Below are positions 17,818 to 28,099 of a stretch of DNA of 64,000 nt, in pieces. The stretch is taken from NCBI GenBank assembly GCA_965205215.1, contig OZ242041.1, positions 1,600,001 to 1,664,000 on the forward strand. Reading direction: 5' to 3'. Source of the stretch: Nitrosopumilus sp. (GTDB lineage Archaea; Thermoproteota; Nitrososphaeria; Nitrososphaerales; Nitrosopumilaceae). Each line of letters begins with the position of its first letter. Positions within the stretch are counted from its first letter, which is position 1. The notes below the pieces were generated by a model that saw only the letters and a program-made list of their open reading frames with translations, made no database searches and had not been told where the DNA came from. Both the position numbers and the translations under genes were made by a program.

Positions 17818-19770
17818 CTAGTATAGATAGCTCATGAGCTTGATCTGCTCCTCGGTGTTTATGACTCCCTTGTTGGTGAGAATCTCCAGCAGATCCTTGA
17901 ATAGCGCCTTTTGTTCCGCAGACATTCCACCCGACGGTCCCTTCTCCCCGGGTAGCCCCGGTGGCCCGCGCGAGCCCTGCGGTCCCATGGGGCCCTGGGG
18001 GCCTTGGGGGCCCTGCTCACCGTCAGGGCCTGGCTGTCCCTTCGGACCGCGCTCGCCCTGTAGTCCCTGAATGCCCTGGGGGCCTTGGGGGCCCTTGTCT
18101 CCGGGCGGTCCTGGCGGGCCTCGCTCACCTTGCGAGCCCTGTGGGCCTTGGGGGCCCTTCTCCCCTGTAGGCCCCTGAGTACCGGTCTCTCCCTTGTCGC
18201 CCTGCGGGCCTACTGGGCCCTTGTCACCCTTGTCGCCCTGCGGTCCAGGCACTCCGGTAAGCCCCTTTGCACCGGCAGGGCCCTGTGGTCCCTGGGGGCC
18301 CTTTTCTCCTACAGGCCCCTGAGTACCGGTCTCTCCCTTGTCGCCCTGCGGGCCTACTGGGCCCTTGTCACCCTTGTCGCCCTGCGGTCCAGGCACTCCG
18401 GTAAGCCCCTTTGCACCGGCAGGGCCCTGTGGTCCCTGGGGGCCCTTGTCGCCGGTAGAGCCGGCCTGTCCTGGCGGGCCTGGCTCTCCGATCGGGCCCG
18501 GGGGTCCCTGAGAGCCCTTTTCACCCGGGATGCCTACTGGACCAGTCGCTCCTTTTTCACCCGGGGGGCCTATGGTTCCTGTGATGCCCTTGTCTCCGGG
18601 CGGGCCAGAGGGGCCCTTCTCGCCCTTGTCTCCGACAGAACCGCGCGGTCCCACGGGGCCCTTGTCTCCGGGCGGGCCCGTAATGCCGCGCTCTCCCTTG
18701 TCTCCGACGGGGCCCTTGAGGCCCACGGGGCCCTTGTCTCCGGGCGGGCCCGTAATGCCCTTGTCGCCCTTGTCTCCGGGCGGGCCCGTAATGCCCTTGT
18801 CGCCCTTGTCGCCCTTGTCGCCAGCTACGCCCTTGTCGCCCATAACGCCCCTTTCGCCCGTGGGGCCCTTGTCGCCCTTGTCGCCCTGCGGGCCTGCGGG
18901 GCCCTTGTCGCCCTTGGATCCCTTATCACCGGTAATGCCCTTGTCGCCGACGGGTCCCTTGTCCCCCGCAGGGCCCTTGTCGCCGACGGGTCCCTTGTCC
19001 CCCGCAGGGCCCTTGTCGCCGACGGGTCCCTTGTCCCCCGCAGGGCCCGTGGGCCCAGTGGCGCCGCGTCTTCCAACAGGACCAGGCATGCCGGCCGGAC
19101 CCTGAGGCCCCGAAGGACCCATGCGCCCGGCAGACGCAGCTGCGGCAGAATCAGGGATAGTGGAAGGGCGAGTGGTGCCGGCAGTCGCGCGGGTTGGAGA
19201 GTCCCAAGACGGCGGGGCGGGCTGAGGTGGCTGCGGGGGGCGGACGGGGCGCGGCCCGGATTGCGCGCCGGAAGGATCCCTTTCCTGTTTTCCAAGGGTG
19301 CCTTGCAAGTCTGCGGAGGAGTCAGCGGCCCCCCTCTGGGCGCCGTCTGCCGTTGTTCTTGTCGACCCCGGGGCAGGAGGGGGCGGAACCGGCCTCTTTT
19401 TGGCGGGAGTGCCAGCTGCCGCCTTCTTCTTCTGTGTGTCTTTGTCCGCCTTTGCAGCTTTCTGGGAAGACTCCAGCGGCACGTCAAATACGGAGTTTGC
19501 CGAGGAGAATATGTCAGATACTACAATCCACACCGTCGTGGAATTCTTGAGTGAGTCCGGAATCGGGTTTCCCTCCGAACCCAGCGTCTCTGAAAACTTG
19601 CCGTCCTCTACGCGCAGGTGAAAATGGTCGCTCCACAGGCTGTCAAACTTGTTGCGCCTGACGTCCTCTTCGGAAGGCTTTGATTTTGATATGGATATCT
19701 TGACCTCGTACACGCCAGGCTTCACAAACGGAGCCTTGCCGCTAACCTTGAGGCCGGGCTTTAGTGACAC
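17818..19770 (-). CDS. Collagen-like protein (about 134 Gly-X-Y triplets)
   Basis: Gly-X-Y run spanning 17923-19128, globular N-domain, short helical C-domain. Confidence 0.92.
   Translation of the reverse strand: MSLKPGLKVSGKAPFVKPGVYEVKISISKSKPSEEDVRRNKFDSLWSDHFHLRVEDGKFSETLGSEGNPIPDSLKNSTTVWIVVSDIFSSANSVFDVPLESSQKAAKADKDTQKKKAAAGTPAKKRPVPPPPAPGSTRTTADGAQRGAADSSADLQGTLGKQERDPSGAQSGPRPVRPPQPPQPAPPSWDSPTRATAGTTRPSTIPDSAAAASAGRMGPSGPQGPAGMPGPVGRRGATGPTGPAGDKGPVGDKGPAGDKGPVGDKGPAGDKGPVGDKGITGDKGSKGDKGPAGPQGDKGDKGPTGERGVMGDKGVAGDKGDKGDKGITGPPGDKGDKGITGPPGDKGPVGLKGPVGDKGERGITGPPGDKGPVGPRGSVGDKGEKGPSGPPGDKGITGTIGPPGEKGATGPVGIPGEKGSQGPPGPIGEPGPPGQAGSTGDKGPQGPQGPAGAKGLTGVPGPQGDKGDKGPVGPQGDKGETGTQGPVGEKGPQGPQGPAGAKGLTGVPGPQGDKGDKGPVGPQGDKGETGTQGPTGEKGPQGPQGSQGERGPPGPPGDKGPQGPQGIQGLQGERGPKGQPGPDGEQGPQGPQGPMGPQGSRGPPGLPGEKGPSGGMSAEQKALFKDLLEILTNKGVINTEEQIKLMSYLY
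18169..18447. repeat. 135-bp direct repeat (period 144) within the collagen gene
   Basis: 18169-18303 matches 18313-18447. Confidence 0.8.
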
Positions 19771-20026
19771 AAGAGTCGTATGCGCAGCAAGTATTTTAGA
19801 TTAACCGATCGGGTTTGCAATAGCATTGGGCACGGCCGGCAAGGCATGTCAGCCAGGATGCCGCCGGCGCGGCACGCATGCGTGCGAAAAGTGCAGGCAC
19901 GGTGTGCGGTGTAGTCGCGCGCTCCATCCTTCTTATGCTGTTGTCACCGCTGCCACTCCTTCTTCCCTCTCCACCCGCCCGCGACGCGGGGGATGGTTTT
20001 TAACTAGAAATAACCCATACGGTGCG

Positions 20027-21232
20027 ATGAAGAGCCAGTTTCGGAGAGGCGGGGGACAGAAAAAATCAGAAGGCCACGACGAGTCCGTAACAGAGGGCGG
20101 CAACGACGCCAAAGGTGACGACCCCAAGCGCGGCGGCGCAGACATCGAGCTTGCAGAAGAGCAGTCCGGGATCCCCAAGGAGAGGAGCCTGGTAGACGTA
20201 GACTACAACCGCAAAAAGCTCTACAAAAAGGGCATCAACCTGATGGCCGACCAGAAGCTCGAGGATGCGGTAATGACCTTCGAGCAGGCGCTCAGGATAG
20301 ATCCGAGCAGCGTCGAGACGATGCTAAAGCTCGGGTACGCAAAGTTCCACCTGGACGAGCACAGCGAGGCGCTTGCAGTATATGACAAGATACTTGACAT
20401 CGACGTTACGAACCCGGAGGCCTGGAACCTCAAGGGGCTGGTGCACTACGAGCAGAAGAATTACGCAAAGGCGCTCGACTCGGTCGAAAAAGCCATCGAG
20501 TCGGATCCCACGTACGGCATGGCGTGGTACAACAAGGGGTGCTACCTCTCGCTCCTCAACCAGGTTCCGGAGTCGCTTGAGGCCCTCAAGCGCTCAATCG
20601 AGATCGACGTCAAGAATGCGAGAAAATCCGTCAGGGATAAGGACTTTGTCAACGTAAGGATAGAGGAGGGGTTCAAGCGCATACAGGAGGTCGTCGTACT
20701 AGAGTCCATAAAGCAGGGATACCATACGATCGGGGCCATCGTGTGGACCACGTTCCTTGACAAGGCCGACGCGGAGACGGCGCTCAGAAAGCTCCTCGAA
20801 AAGGGGCTCATACTGCAGAACGAAAAGCGCGAGGGGCTCAGCCGCATACCAATCTACGACCTTGCCCCCAGCGTGGCCGAGAAGATAGGCAAGGAGAAGC
20901 GCGGCCTGTTCGGCATAACCAGAAGGACGCTACCGCAGCCCATCAAGAACATGAAGGAGCTGATACAGGCCATACGGTCCGCAAAGGAGACCATATCGGA
21001 GGGCGATGCCGAAAAGTCCATCGCGGTGTTTGACAAGTTCACCGACCCCGACAAGTTCGGGGTGCAGATGATAGAGAGCTTCTTTGACGAGCACAGGGAG
21101 ATCAGGCTGTGGAAGATCCGGCTCAAGGACAGGGGCGACGACTACATCTCAGAGAACAGGCAGAGGATGCTGGACCTGTTTGACAACATAGAGGCCGCCC
21201 TGACAAAGAGAATACGCCGCGAGCTGGCGTGA
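20027..21232 (+). CDS. TPR-repeat protein with possible winged-helix C-terminal region
   Basis: TPR consensus (EAWNLKGLVHY, AWYNKGCYL); ALRKLLEKGLI helix. Confidence 0.88.
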   Translation: MKSQFRRGGGQKKSEGHDESVTEGGNDAKGDDPKRGGADIELAEEQSGIPKERSLVDVDYNRKKLYKKGINLMADQKLEDAVMTFEQALRIDPSSVETMLKLGYAKFHLDEHSEALAVYDKILDIDVTNPEAWNLKGLVHYEQKNYAKALDSVEKAIESDPTYGMAWYNKGCYLSLLNQVPESLEALKRSIEIDVKNARKSVRDKDFVNVRIEEGFKRIQEVVVLESIKQGYHTIGAIVWTTFLDKADAETALRKLLEKGLILQNEKREGLSRIPIYDLAPSVAEKIGKEKRGLFGITRRTLPQPIKNMKELIQAIRSAKETISEGDAEKSIAVFDKFTDPDKFGVQMIESFFDEHREIRLWKIRLKDRGDDYISENRQRMLDLFDNIEAALTKRIRRELA

Positions 21233-21273
21233 GTGCCAGGCAGCACGCAGCAATGGTGGCGGCGGCCGTCCGG

Positions 21274-22098
21274 TCACTCGGCGGACAGATCCCAGTAGTT
21301 TGCATCGGCCTGGGTGGCGGTGGGCTTTTGGAGGCTCTTCCACTCCTTGAACGACCTCACATACAGCCGGATGTTAGAGAGTCCCGCAGACTTCATGGCA
21401 TAGTATGCAAGCCCCGAGAGCGTCCCCACGCTTCCACAGTACGTGATGATCTCAGAATCGTCGCCGATTCCGCGGTTTGCAAGCAGGCGCCTCATGTCCT
21501 CGCGCCCCCGGAGTATGCGGTCGGGGCCGGCAAGCGTCCTGTAAGGCAGGCTGACGGCGCCAGGTATGTGCTGCTCCAAAAAGTTCAGCCTCTCCCTGTT
21601 GTCGACCAGGACCACGTCGTCGTCGCCGCGATCCGCGACGGCCTTCTCCAGGTACTCGTGGGTCGCAAGTATTCCGGGTTCGGGGGCCGCCGAGTGCTTC
21701 CGCGGCGTGACTGACGGCGCCGCGTCGTCAGTCTCCATCCCCATAGAAAGCCACTGTGCATACGTGGTGTCAAGCAGCGTGACGTCGGCGTGCCCGATGT
21801 ACTCCAGCGTCCACGCAATCCTCGACGCAAGGGCCCCGAACGAGTCGTCATATACGACGACCCGCGTCTCGTCGCCAATTCCAAGCGAGCCGGCGATCTT
21901 GGCGACCCTGTCGGGGCCGTCGTCGGACAAGAGATCTGCAAGCGGCAGGTTTACCGCGGTCGGAATGTGGGAGCGCCTGTAGTCCTCCGGCCTGCGGGCG
22001 TCTATCGCAACGGCGCTCCGATCCCTGATCTCGCCGCGCAGCACGTCCGCGTCCGTCGTGACTGCAGGCGCAGGGCCGGCGCCGTCGCTACCGCTCAA
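21274..22098 (-). CDS. Rhodanese / thiosulfate sulfurtransferase
   Basis: HIPTA/HIPGA tandem domains, YCGSVG active loop; TTG start overlaps the sir stop. Confidence 0.92.
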   Translation of the reverse strand: MSGSDGAGPAPAVTTDADVLRGEIRDRSAVAIDARRPEDYRRSHIPTAVNLPLADLLSDDGPDRVAKIAGSLGIGDETRVVVYDDSFGALASRIAWTLEYIGHADVTLLDTTYAQWLSMGMETDDAAPSVTPRKHSAAPEPGILATHEYLEKAVADRGDDDVVLVDNRERLNFLEQHIPGAVSLPYRTLAGPDRILRGREDMRRLLANRGIGDDSEIITYCGSVGTLSGLAYYAMKSAGLSNIRLYVRSFKEWKSLQKPTATQADANYWDLSAE

Positions 22099-23996
22099 GC
22101 CGCACACTCGCCCTTGCCGGTCTTTGTGTGGTAGCTGGTGTCGCTGCCATAGTCAAGGTAAAAGTCGGAATCGTCGTCCTTTGCAGGCGGGACCAGCAGC
22201 GGCTGCAGCTCCGCCTTGATGTCCTTTATCGACGACACGCCCGAGTCCTCCGCGTCGGACACCACCCTGTGTATCCAGGACTTGAGGGTGTCACCGGGCC
22301 TGCGGTTTGCCCTGAACATCTCGATTATCCTCAGTATCACGGGAATGACCCTCTTTGCAGGCACCCGGGTGCAGGTCTGGCCCAGCATGGTCAGTCCGTC
22401 AGAGCGCCCGCCAAGCAGCATCTGGTAGTTGGCGTACATGTCCTTGCCTACACGCGCGCCGCCGCCAAAGAACCCTATCGTGGCAATTCCGTGCTGCCCG
22501 CAGGAGTTGGGGCATCCGCTTATCTTTATCGTAGAGTCTGCAAGGTCGGGATCCTTGTCAAGTCCCAGCTCGAGGAACTTCCTCTGGATCTCCTTTGCAA
22601 GCCTGTGCGAATTGGTCAGGGCCAGGTTGCACGACGTCGTACCGGAGCATCCGATCGGGGCGGCCATCGTAAGGGCCCCGGACTTTGCAAGCCCCGCCCC
22701 CAAGAGCCCCGCATACAGGGCACCCAGGTCGTCAGAATGCACGAACCGCAGAGCCACGTTCTGCACAAACCCTATCCGGGCCACGCCCTCGCACGAATAC
22801 TTGCGCACCAGCTCCGCAAGCGAGTTGAGCTGGCCCGCCGTAATGTCGCCGGCCTCCAGCGTCACAAAGACCGTGTGGTACGGATCCTGCTTCTGCCTTA
22901 TCGTGTTTGTCGCAAGCCACCTCGAATAGCCGTCCTGGGCCGCCGCGCCGGGGCCCGACTCGTCGGATATCCTCAGTGGGCGCCGTATCTCCGCGGGGGC
23001 AAAGTCCGGCTTTAGGCGCGTGACCACCGACTGCGTGGCGCGGACAATTGATCTCTCCATCAGTATCAGGCTCTGGAACTTTTCCCATCCCATCTCGTCG
23101 ACCAAATAGCGCATGCGGTTCCTTGCCATGTTCTTGCGGTCCCCAAGCCTGTCAAATATCCGGATTGTGGCAATGGACGTGTACAGCAGATCGTCCTCAG
23201 GGGTGAACTCCTCAAGCTGGTGCCCCACAAAGGATCTGTTTCCGAGGCCCCCGCCCAGGAACACCTTAAAGCCGCGCTGCTCGCGCTGCCCGTTCCCGTC
23301 GGCGTCCGGGATTGTGCGGGTCTGCGGGATCAGCCCCACGTCGACCATGCGGGCCATCCCGTGCTCCTCGCAGCAGGTAAAGTTGAACTTGAACTTGCGC
23401 GGCAGGTTCTGGCACAGGGGGTTGCGCAGGAAGAACCGGGCGACGGCGACCGCATAGGGGGTGGAGTCAAACGATTCTGACGGGCAGACGCCGGCAAGCG
23501 GGCTGCACATCACGTTGCGGACGGTGTTCCCGCAGGCCTCGCGCGACGTGAGTCCCACCCGGGCCAGTCCCCTGAATATCTCCGAGACGTCCTCCAGCAC
23601 CACCCAGTGCAGCTGTATGTTTTCCCGGGTCGATATGTGCGCGCTGCCAATGGAGAACTGCTCGCTGAGCCGGGATATGGCCTCCAGCTGGTGCGGATAC
23701 GCCACGCCGGCGGGAATCTTTATGCGCACCATTGCATAGTCCCCGGTCATCCGGGTCCCGTATGCGCCGTGCTGCAGCCTGAAGCGCCTAAAGCTGTCCG
23801 CGTCGTACCTTCCCTGCCGGTACAGCTTTACGGTGTCGGCAAAATGGTCCGCCTCGGAGCGCCTGGCCCAGTTCTCGCGCGGCTTGCGCTCCTCGGGCCG
23901 CGCCGACTCCAGCCGCGGCTTTTGGCCGGACGCGGATAGAGATGCAGAATCATGCCCGGAGGCACGCGGCGTTTGAGACACGTAATAGTTTTGCAA
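22095..23996 (-). CDS. sir: Ferredoxin-dependent siroheme sulfite/nitrite reductase
   Basis: TRENIQ, NLPRKFK, CSGTTSC and SGCPNSCGQH siroheme/[4Fe-4S] ligands; start uncertain. Confidence 0.92.
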   Translation of the reverse strand: MQNYYVSQTPRASGHDSASLSASGQKPRLESARPEERKPRENWARRSEADHFADTVKLYRQGRYDADSFRRFRLQHGAYGTRMTGDYAMVRIKIPAGVAYPHQLEAISRLSEQFSIGSAHISTRENIQLHWVVLEDVSEIFRGLARVGLTSREACGNTVRNVMCSPLAGVCPSESFDSTPYAVAVARFFLRNPLCQNLPRKFKFNFTCCEEHGMARMVDVGLIPQTRTIPDADGNGQREQRGFKVFLGGGLGNRSFVGHQLEEFTPEDDLLYTSIATIRIFDRLGDRKNMARNRMRYLVDEMGWEKFQSLILMERSIVRATQSVVTRLKPDFAPAEIRRPLRISDESGPGAAAQDGYSRWLATNTIRQKQDPYHTVFVTLEAGDITAGQLNSLAELVRKYSCEGVARIGFVQNVALRFVHSDDLGALYAGLLGAGLAKSGALTMAAPIGCSGTTSCNLALTNSHRLAKEIQRKFLELGLDKDPDLADSTIKISGCPNSCGQHGIATIGFFGGGARVGKDMYANYQMLLGGRSDGLTMLGQTCTRVPAKRVIPVILRIIEMFRANRRPGDTLKSWIHRVVSDAEDSGVSSIKDIKAELQPLLVPPAKDDDSDFYLDYGSDTSYHTKTGKGECAA

Positions 23997-24163
23997 GGGC
24001 GGATTATAAATTTGGTGAGGTTCTCGGACTCCAGGTTCCGGGACAGCCGGGCGCGAGCGGCGGGTCGCAGCTCGCCTTCAGGCGCCACGGGCAGAAGCGC
24101 GCTAATAATTCTGCCCAGATACTTTTGGCAAGGTATTAATTGTAAAGCCGGGGCAGCACACGC

Positions 24164-24985
24164 ATGCAGGAGGCCGCCGTCGTTGCAGAGGTGCAGCCCA
24201 AGATCTTCGCGGACGTAAGCGAGGTCGAGATCACAAGGGCCATCGCAAACGAGTTCCACGATGTCCTGATAGACAGGGCCGACTCGGACGTCATTATAAT
24301 AGGGGCGGGGCCCTCGGGGCTGACGGCCGGCAGGGACCTCTCAAACATGGGGTTCAAGGTTTTGATAATAGAGCAGAACAACTATCTTGGAGGCGGGTAC
24401 TGGCTGGGGGGCTACATGATGAACCCCGTTACGGTCAGGGAGCCGGCCCAGAAGATATGGGACGAGCTCGGAGTCCCGTACAAAAAAGCAGGGGAGGGCC
24501 TGTACATAACACCGGGCCCACACGCGGTCTCAAAGCTGATAGCGGGTGCCTGCGACGCGGGCGTCAAGTTCCTCAATCTGACAAAGTTTGACGACCTCGT
24601 AATGAAGAACGGGAGGGTCTCCGGCATCGTCGTAAACTGGATGCCCGTCTCGGCGCTGCCGCGCAACATAACGTGCGTCGACCCGGTCGCGTTCGAGGCG
24701 AGAATGATAATCGACGCGTCAGGGCACGACTCTGTGGCGGTAAAGAGACTGGTCGACAGGGGCCTCGTCACATGGAAGGGCATGAATCCGATGTACGTCA
24801 ACGAGGGCGAGGAGAGCGTCGTTGAAAAGACGGGGGAGGTCTATCCGGGACTGGTCGCCGCCGGCATGTCTGTGACCGAAACGCACGGGCTCCCGCGCAT
24901 GGGGCCCACCTTTGGTTCCATGCTGTTTTCAGGAAAGAGGGCGGCGGAGATTACGGCCGCAAAGATAAAGGAGCTGGAAAGATAG
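24164..24985 (+). CDS. thi4: Thiazole synthase Thi4
   Basis: GAGPSGL, LGGG.WLGG, TCVDP, GHD, PRMGPTFGSML.SG. Confidence 0.96.
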   Translation: MQEAAVVAEVQPKIFADVSEVEITRAIANEFHDVLIDRADSDVIIIGAGPSGLTAGRDLSNMGFKVLIIEQNNYLGGGYWLGGYMMNPVTVREPAQKIWDELGVPYKKAGEGLYITPGPHAVSKLIAGACDAGVKFLNLTKFDDLVMKNGRVSGIVVNWMPVSALPRNITCVDPVAFEARMIIDASGHDSVAVKRLVDRGLVTWKGMNPMYVNEGEESVVEKTGEVYPGLVAAGMSVTETHGLPRMGPTFGSMLFSGKRAAEITAAKIKELER

Positions 24986-25047
24986 CAGGATGCCGGGGGC
25001 GGGAGGCAGATCCCGCGGCGCCGGTTTGAGGAATCGGCGGGGTGTAG

Positions 25048-25872
25048 ATGACAATGAGGGCGTCAAGGATTGCAATCAGCTGCGAGCCTCAGATATCAGC
25101 AGAGATCAACGCGCGGGGGCTGCCAGAGTTCGTACGGGGCATGTTTCCGGCGGTGCGGGTGGAACTGAGGCGGGACTGGTCATTTGCGGAGGGCGACAGG
25201 GCCAAGGCTCTGATATGTGGTACGGAGGGGGGGCGCCGCGCAGGACATGTGGCGGGAGGGCCAGTCGCGACTGCAGGCGACGGTGACAATGGTGGCAGGG
25301 GCGGCGACGGCCCGGACGGCGGTTCCTCGGCCATGTACGACGGGTTTGCCCTGTGCGATGCCGCGTCCAAGACGATCGGGGCGGGGCCCGGGCCGACACG
25401 CACGGATCCCGCCACGCTGCATGTCGTATTCACTGGAGTTCTTGCGTGCACGTTTGACGAGGGGGACCAAAGGTACCATGCAAGGACGCTTGTCGGGGCC
25501 AATCCGTTCCTGGTGTCACTGCAGGGGGTTGTCGAGGGCCCTGCAAGGCCCAAGGGGTACTATACGGAGCGCCTTGCGGGGCTGTACGCCGCGGCCATGG
25601 CCGGCGGCCGTGCGCGGGACGCAGGCGACGTGCCGGCCAAGGATGCCAGAAAATATGATTATGTGACACGCGGCGACCGCCGCATGCCGGACATTGCAAG
25701 AGGGTACCTGTTGCAGGCAGTCGCGTACTTTGAGACGGGGGAGGCGTTCTGCCAGGACGACGCGTGCCGCATGTATAACGCACACTGGCAGAGCGAGCTG
25801 ATACGCACTCAGGTGTCAAGCCCGCGGCTATGCGCCAGGCACCGGGGAATGGTCGACGAGATGAAGGCGTGA
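25048..25872 (+). CDS. Putative metallopeptidase-like protein (DUF6775-like)
   Basis: C-terminal FC.D..CRMYNAHWQ.EL...LC..H, resembling the archaemetzincin Cys cluster. Confidence 0.7.
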   Translation: MTMRASRIAISCEPQISAEINARGLPEFVRGMFPAVRVELRRDWSFAEGDRAKALICGTEGGRRAGHVAGGPVATAGDGDNGGRGGDGPDGGSSAMYDGFALCDAASKTIGAGPGPTRTDPATLHVVFTGVLACTFDEGDQRYHARTLVGANPFLVSLQGVVEGPARPKGYYTERLAGLYAAAMAGGRARDAGDVPAKDARKYDYVTRGDRRMPDIARGYLLQAVAYFETGEAFCQDDACRMYNAHWQSELIRTQVSSPRLCARHRGMVDEMKA

Positions 25873-26073
25873 CTGGGCGTACGGTTGCCGCTGCCGCTGC
25901 CGCTGCCGCTGCCCCCCATGAATCTATACGCGCGGATGTTTTTGAGGCCTGCCACATCCGGTACCAAAAACCAGCCATCCGGGCCTACTTTTGGGCAGGC
26001 ATGCAGTGAAAAAAAAAGACACGGAGGGTCTTTCTTGCAGCCAGTGCCAGGCACTGCTCTTGTCCCTTCGACG

Positions 26074-26463
26074 TCAGTCGGGGCGCCTGCCCATGCCCTT
26101 TGCGTCAAGGGCGGTGTACACGTCGGGCATCGAATACACATAGCCCACGTGTATGCAGTCCGCCGCATCGCAAAGGAAGCAGTGCAGCTCGCCCTTTTGA
26201 AGCACTATCTCCACTATGCGGTTCTTCAGGTTGTCCTTGAGGATGACGCGGTCGTCCTCAACTGAGATGCTCTCGATCTTTGGCGCATACCGGGCAAAAG
26301 TCTCGTCGCGGTTCATGGCCTCCTCTAGCATGTACGAGACGTAGCCGGAGAGGCTCCTGACGCCCTTCGTGGCCAGAGTCTCCTTGTTGCCGTTGTAGAC
26401 TTCCTGGAACCGGTCGTAGATATAGTCAGAGACGGTTATCGACTTGAATCCTTCTTTTGGCAT
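26074..26463 (-). CDS. Putative RHH-type DNA-binding protein with a C-terminal Zn site
   Basis: FKSITVSD strand plus helices; CFLCDAADCIH. Confidence 0.75.
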   Translation of the reverse strand: MPKEGFKSITVSDYIYDRFQEVYNGNKETLATKGVRSLSGYVSYMLEEAMNRDETFARYAPKIESISVEDDRVILKDNLKNRIVEIVLQKGELHCFLCDAADCIHVGYVYSMPDVYTALDAKGMGRRPD

Positions 26464-26495
26464 TGTACCTTCCTTAACGGTACAATTAGGTACAA
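26462..26495. promoter_or_regulatory. Putative operator: three GGTACAA boxes between TATA and ATG
   Basis: ATTGTACC (26462-26469), GGTACAAT (26479-26486), GGTACAA (26489-26495). Confidence 0.6.
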
Positions 26496-26685
26496 ATATA
26501 AAAATATGCCGATCTAGCATGTATTCAAACGTATTATTACGGTTTGGATGCCCGCCTGGCGGCGCCCATCCTTTAGGCGGAGCAGAAGCCGCGCGGCGCG
26601 CGGCATCCGGCGCGCCCGCGGCAGGTCGGCTTGCGGAGGCCGCGCCAGCATTGGCTTTAAATTTGTCATGGCTCGGGTTGCATTC

Positions 26686-27732
26686 ATGATGGCGGAGGCA
26701 GAAGCTGCTGCAGAGTCGCAAGCCAGTGGCTCCGATGACGGCGCGGGCGGAGCAGGAAGAAAGCCAGATGCCGATGCAGGCCCTGCCAAGGACAAGACAT
26801 CGTACGATGTGATTATAATCGGAGGAGGCCCTGCCGGGTACACGGCCGGGATATACTGCTCCCGTGGCGGCTATGACACGCTCCTGCTCTCAGGCATACT
26901 GCCGGGAGGCCAGCTCGTGAACACCACGGACGTGGAGAACTATCCCGGGTTCAAGTCTGGCGTGATGGGCCCCGACCTGATGATCGACATGCGCGAGCAG
27001 TGTGCCAAGATGGGAACCACCATACTGGACCACGAGGTCACAAACGTGGACTTTAGGGGCAACCCACTCAGGGTACTGACGGGCAGCGCCGAATACGAGG
27101 CGCGGGCCATAATCATAGCGACGGGCGCGACCCCGAAAAAATTGGGGCTCGAGGGCGAGCAGACATTCGGAGGGCGCGGGGTCTCGTACTGCGCCACGTG
27201 CGACGGTCCGTTCTTCAGGGGGCAGCCCATTGTGGTAGTGGGGGGCGGAGACACGGCCATGGAGGAGGCGACGTTCCTGACAAAGTTTGGAACGGAGGTG
27301 CACCTGATACACAGGAGGGACGAGCTGCGCGCAAGCAAGGCCATGCAGGCAAGAGCCTTTGCAAACAAGAAGATGGTGTTTCATTGGGACTCGGTGGTGA
27401 CCGACATAAGGGGTGACGAGAACAAGGTAAAGCAGATCGTGCTAAGAAACACCAAGACCGGCGCCGAGGACACGCTCGATGTGGGGGCCCTCTTCGTCGC
27501 AATAGGGCACAAGCCGAACACGGACCTATTCGAGGGGCAGGTCGATCTCGACGCCAAAAAATACGTGACGTTAAAGGGTAGCGGACAGGGCACCAGCGCC
27601 AAGGGCGTCTTTGCCGCCGGGGACGTCCACGATGCAACTTACAGACAGGCCGTCACGGCGGCGGGGTTTGGCTGCATGGCGGCGCTAGACGTAGACGAGT
27701 ATCTCAGCAGCGGTGGCGGGGACGGCGCATGA
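26686..27732 (+). CDS. trxB: Thioredoxin reductase
   Basis: GGGPAG, VSYCATCDG, GGGDTA.EEA, FAAGDV...YRQA. Confidence 0.97.
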   Translation: MMAEAEAAAESQASGSDDGAGGAGRKPDADAGPAKDKTSYDVIIIGGGPAGYTAGIYCSRGGYDTLLLSGILPGGQLVNTTDVENYPGFKSGVMGPDLMIDMREQCAKMGTTILDHEVTNVDFRGNPLRVLTGSAEYEARAIIIATGATPKKLGLEGEQTFGGRGVSYCATCDGPFFRGQPIVVVGGGDTAMEEATFLTKFGTEVHLIHRRDELRASKAMQARAFANKKMVFHWDSVVTDIRGDENKVKQIVLRNTKTGAEDTLDVGALFVAIGHKPNTDLFEGQVDLDAKKYVTLKGSGQGTSAKGVFAAGDVHDATYRQAVTAAGFGCMAALDVDEYLSSGGGDGA

Positions 27733-27815
27733 CGCGCCGCGGGCACGCATAGGAACGCACCGGATCAAGCCCCGGCGCCAGCATCAGTAAAATAGAGCGC
27801 GTACGTTTGGCATGC

Positions 27816-28001
27816 ATGGGGGCAAAGACGCCGGCAGTGAGGCTCCGCACGTGCCCCAGAAGCTGCACGCAGCACCGCACCAAGTCAGGCAGGCTGGCAG
27901 AAAGGAACACGTTTGACGGGACGAGGTGCCGCAACTGCGGATTCGCGCTCGACAGGGACGACACGGACGTAAAGTTCGAAAGGGCGTCGGACTTTTTGTG
28001 A
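27816..28001 (+). CDS. Small putative zinc-binding protein
   Basis: CPRSC...CRNC; TAAAATA about 28 nt upstream. Confidence 0.5.
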   Translation: MGAKTPAVRLRTCPRSCTQHRTKSGRLAERNTFDGTRCRNCGFALDRDDTDVKFERASDFL

Positions 28002-28099
28002 ACAGGGCACACACACCAAAGGGCGGAGATGCCGCGCACAGCGCAGGACCGCCGCGCCGTCTTTGCCCGTCACGGCATACGCCGCGAGGGGGATCTGTT

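Noticed and set aside
17818-19770. Provirus tail fibre or integrated virus
   Set aside because: No integrase, capsid, terminase or att repeats seen; neighbours look like host genes
24000-24163. TPP riboswitch upstream of thi4
   Set aside because: No CUGAGA and AUACCUG-type core found; a TATA-like box lies close to the ATG
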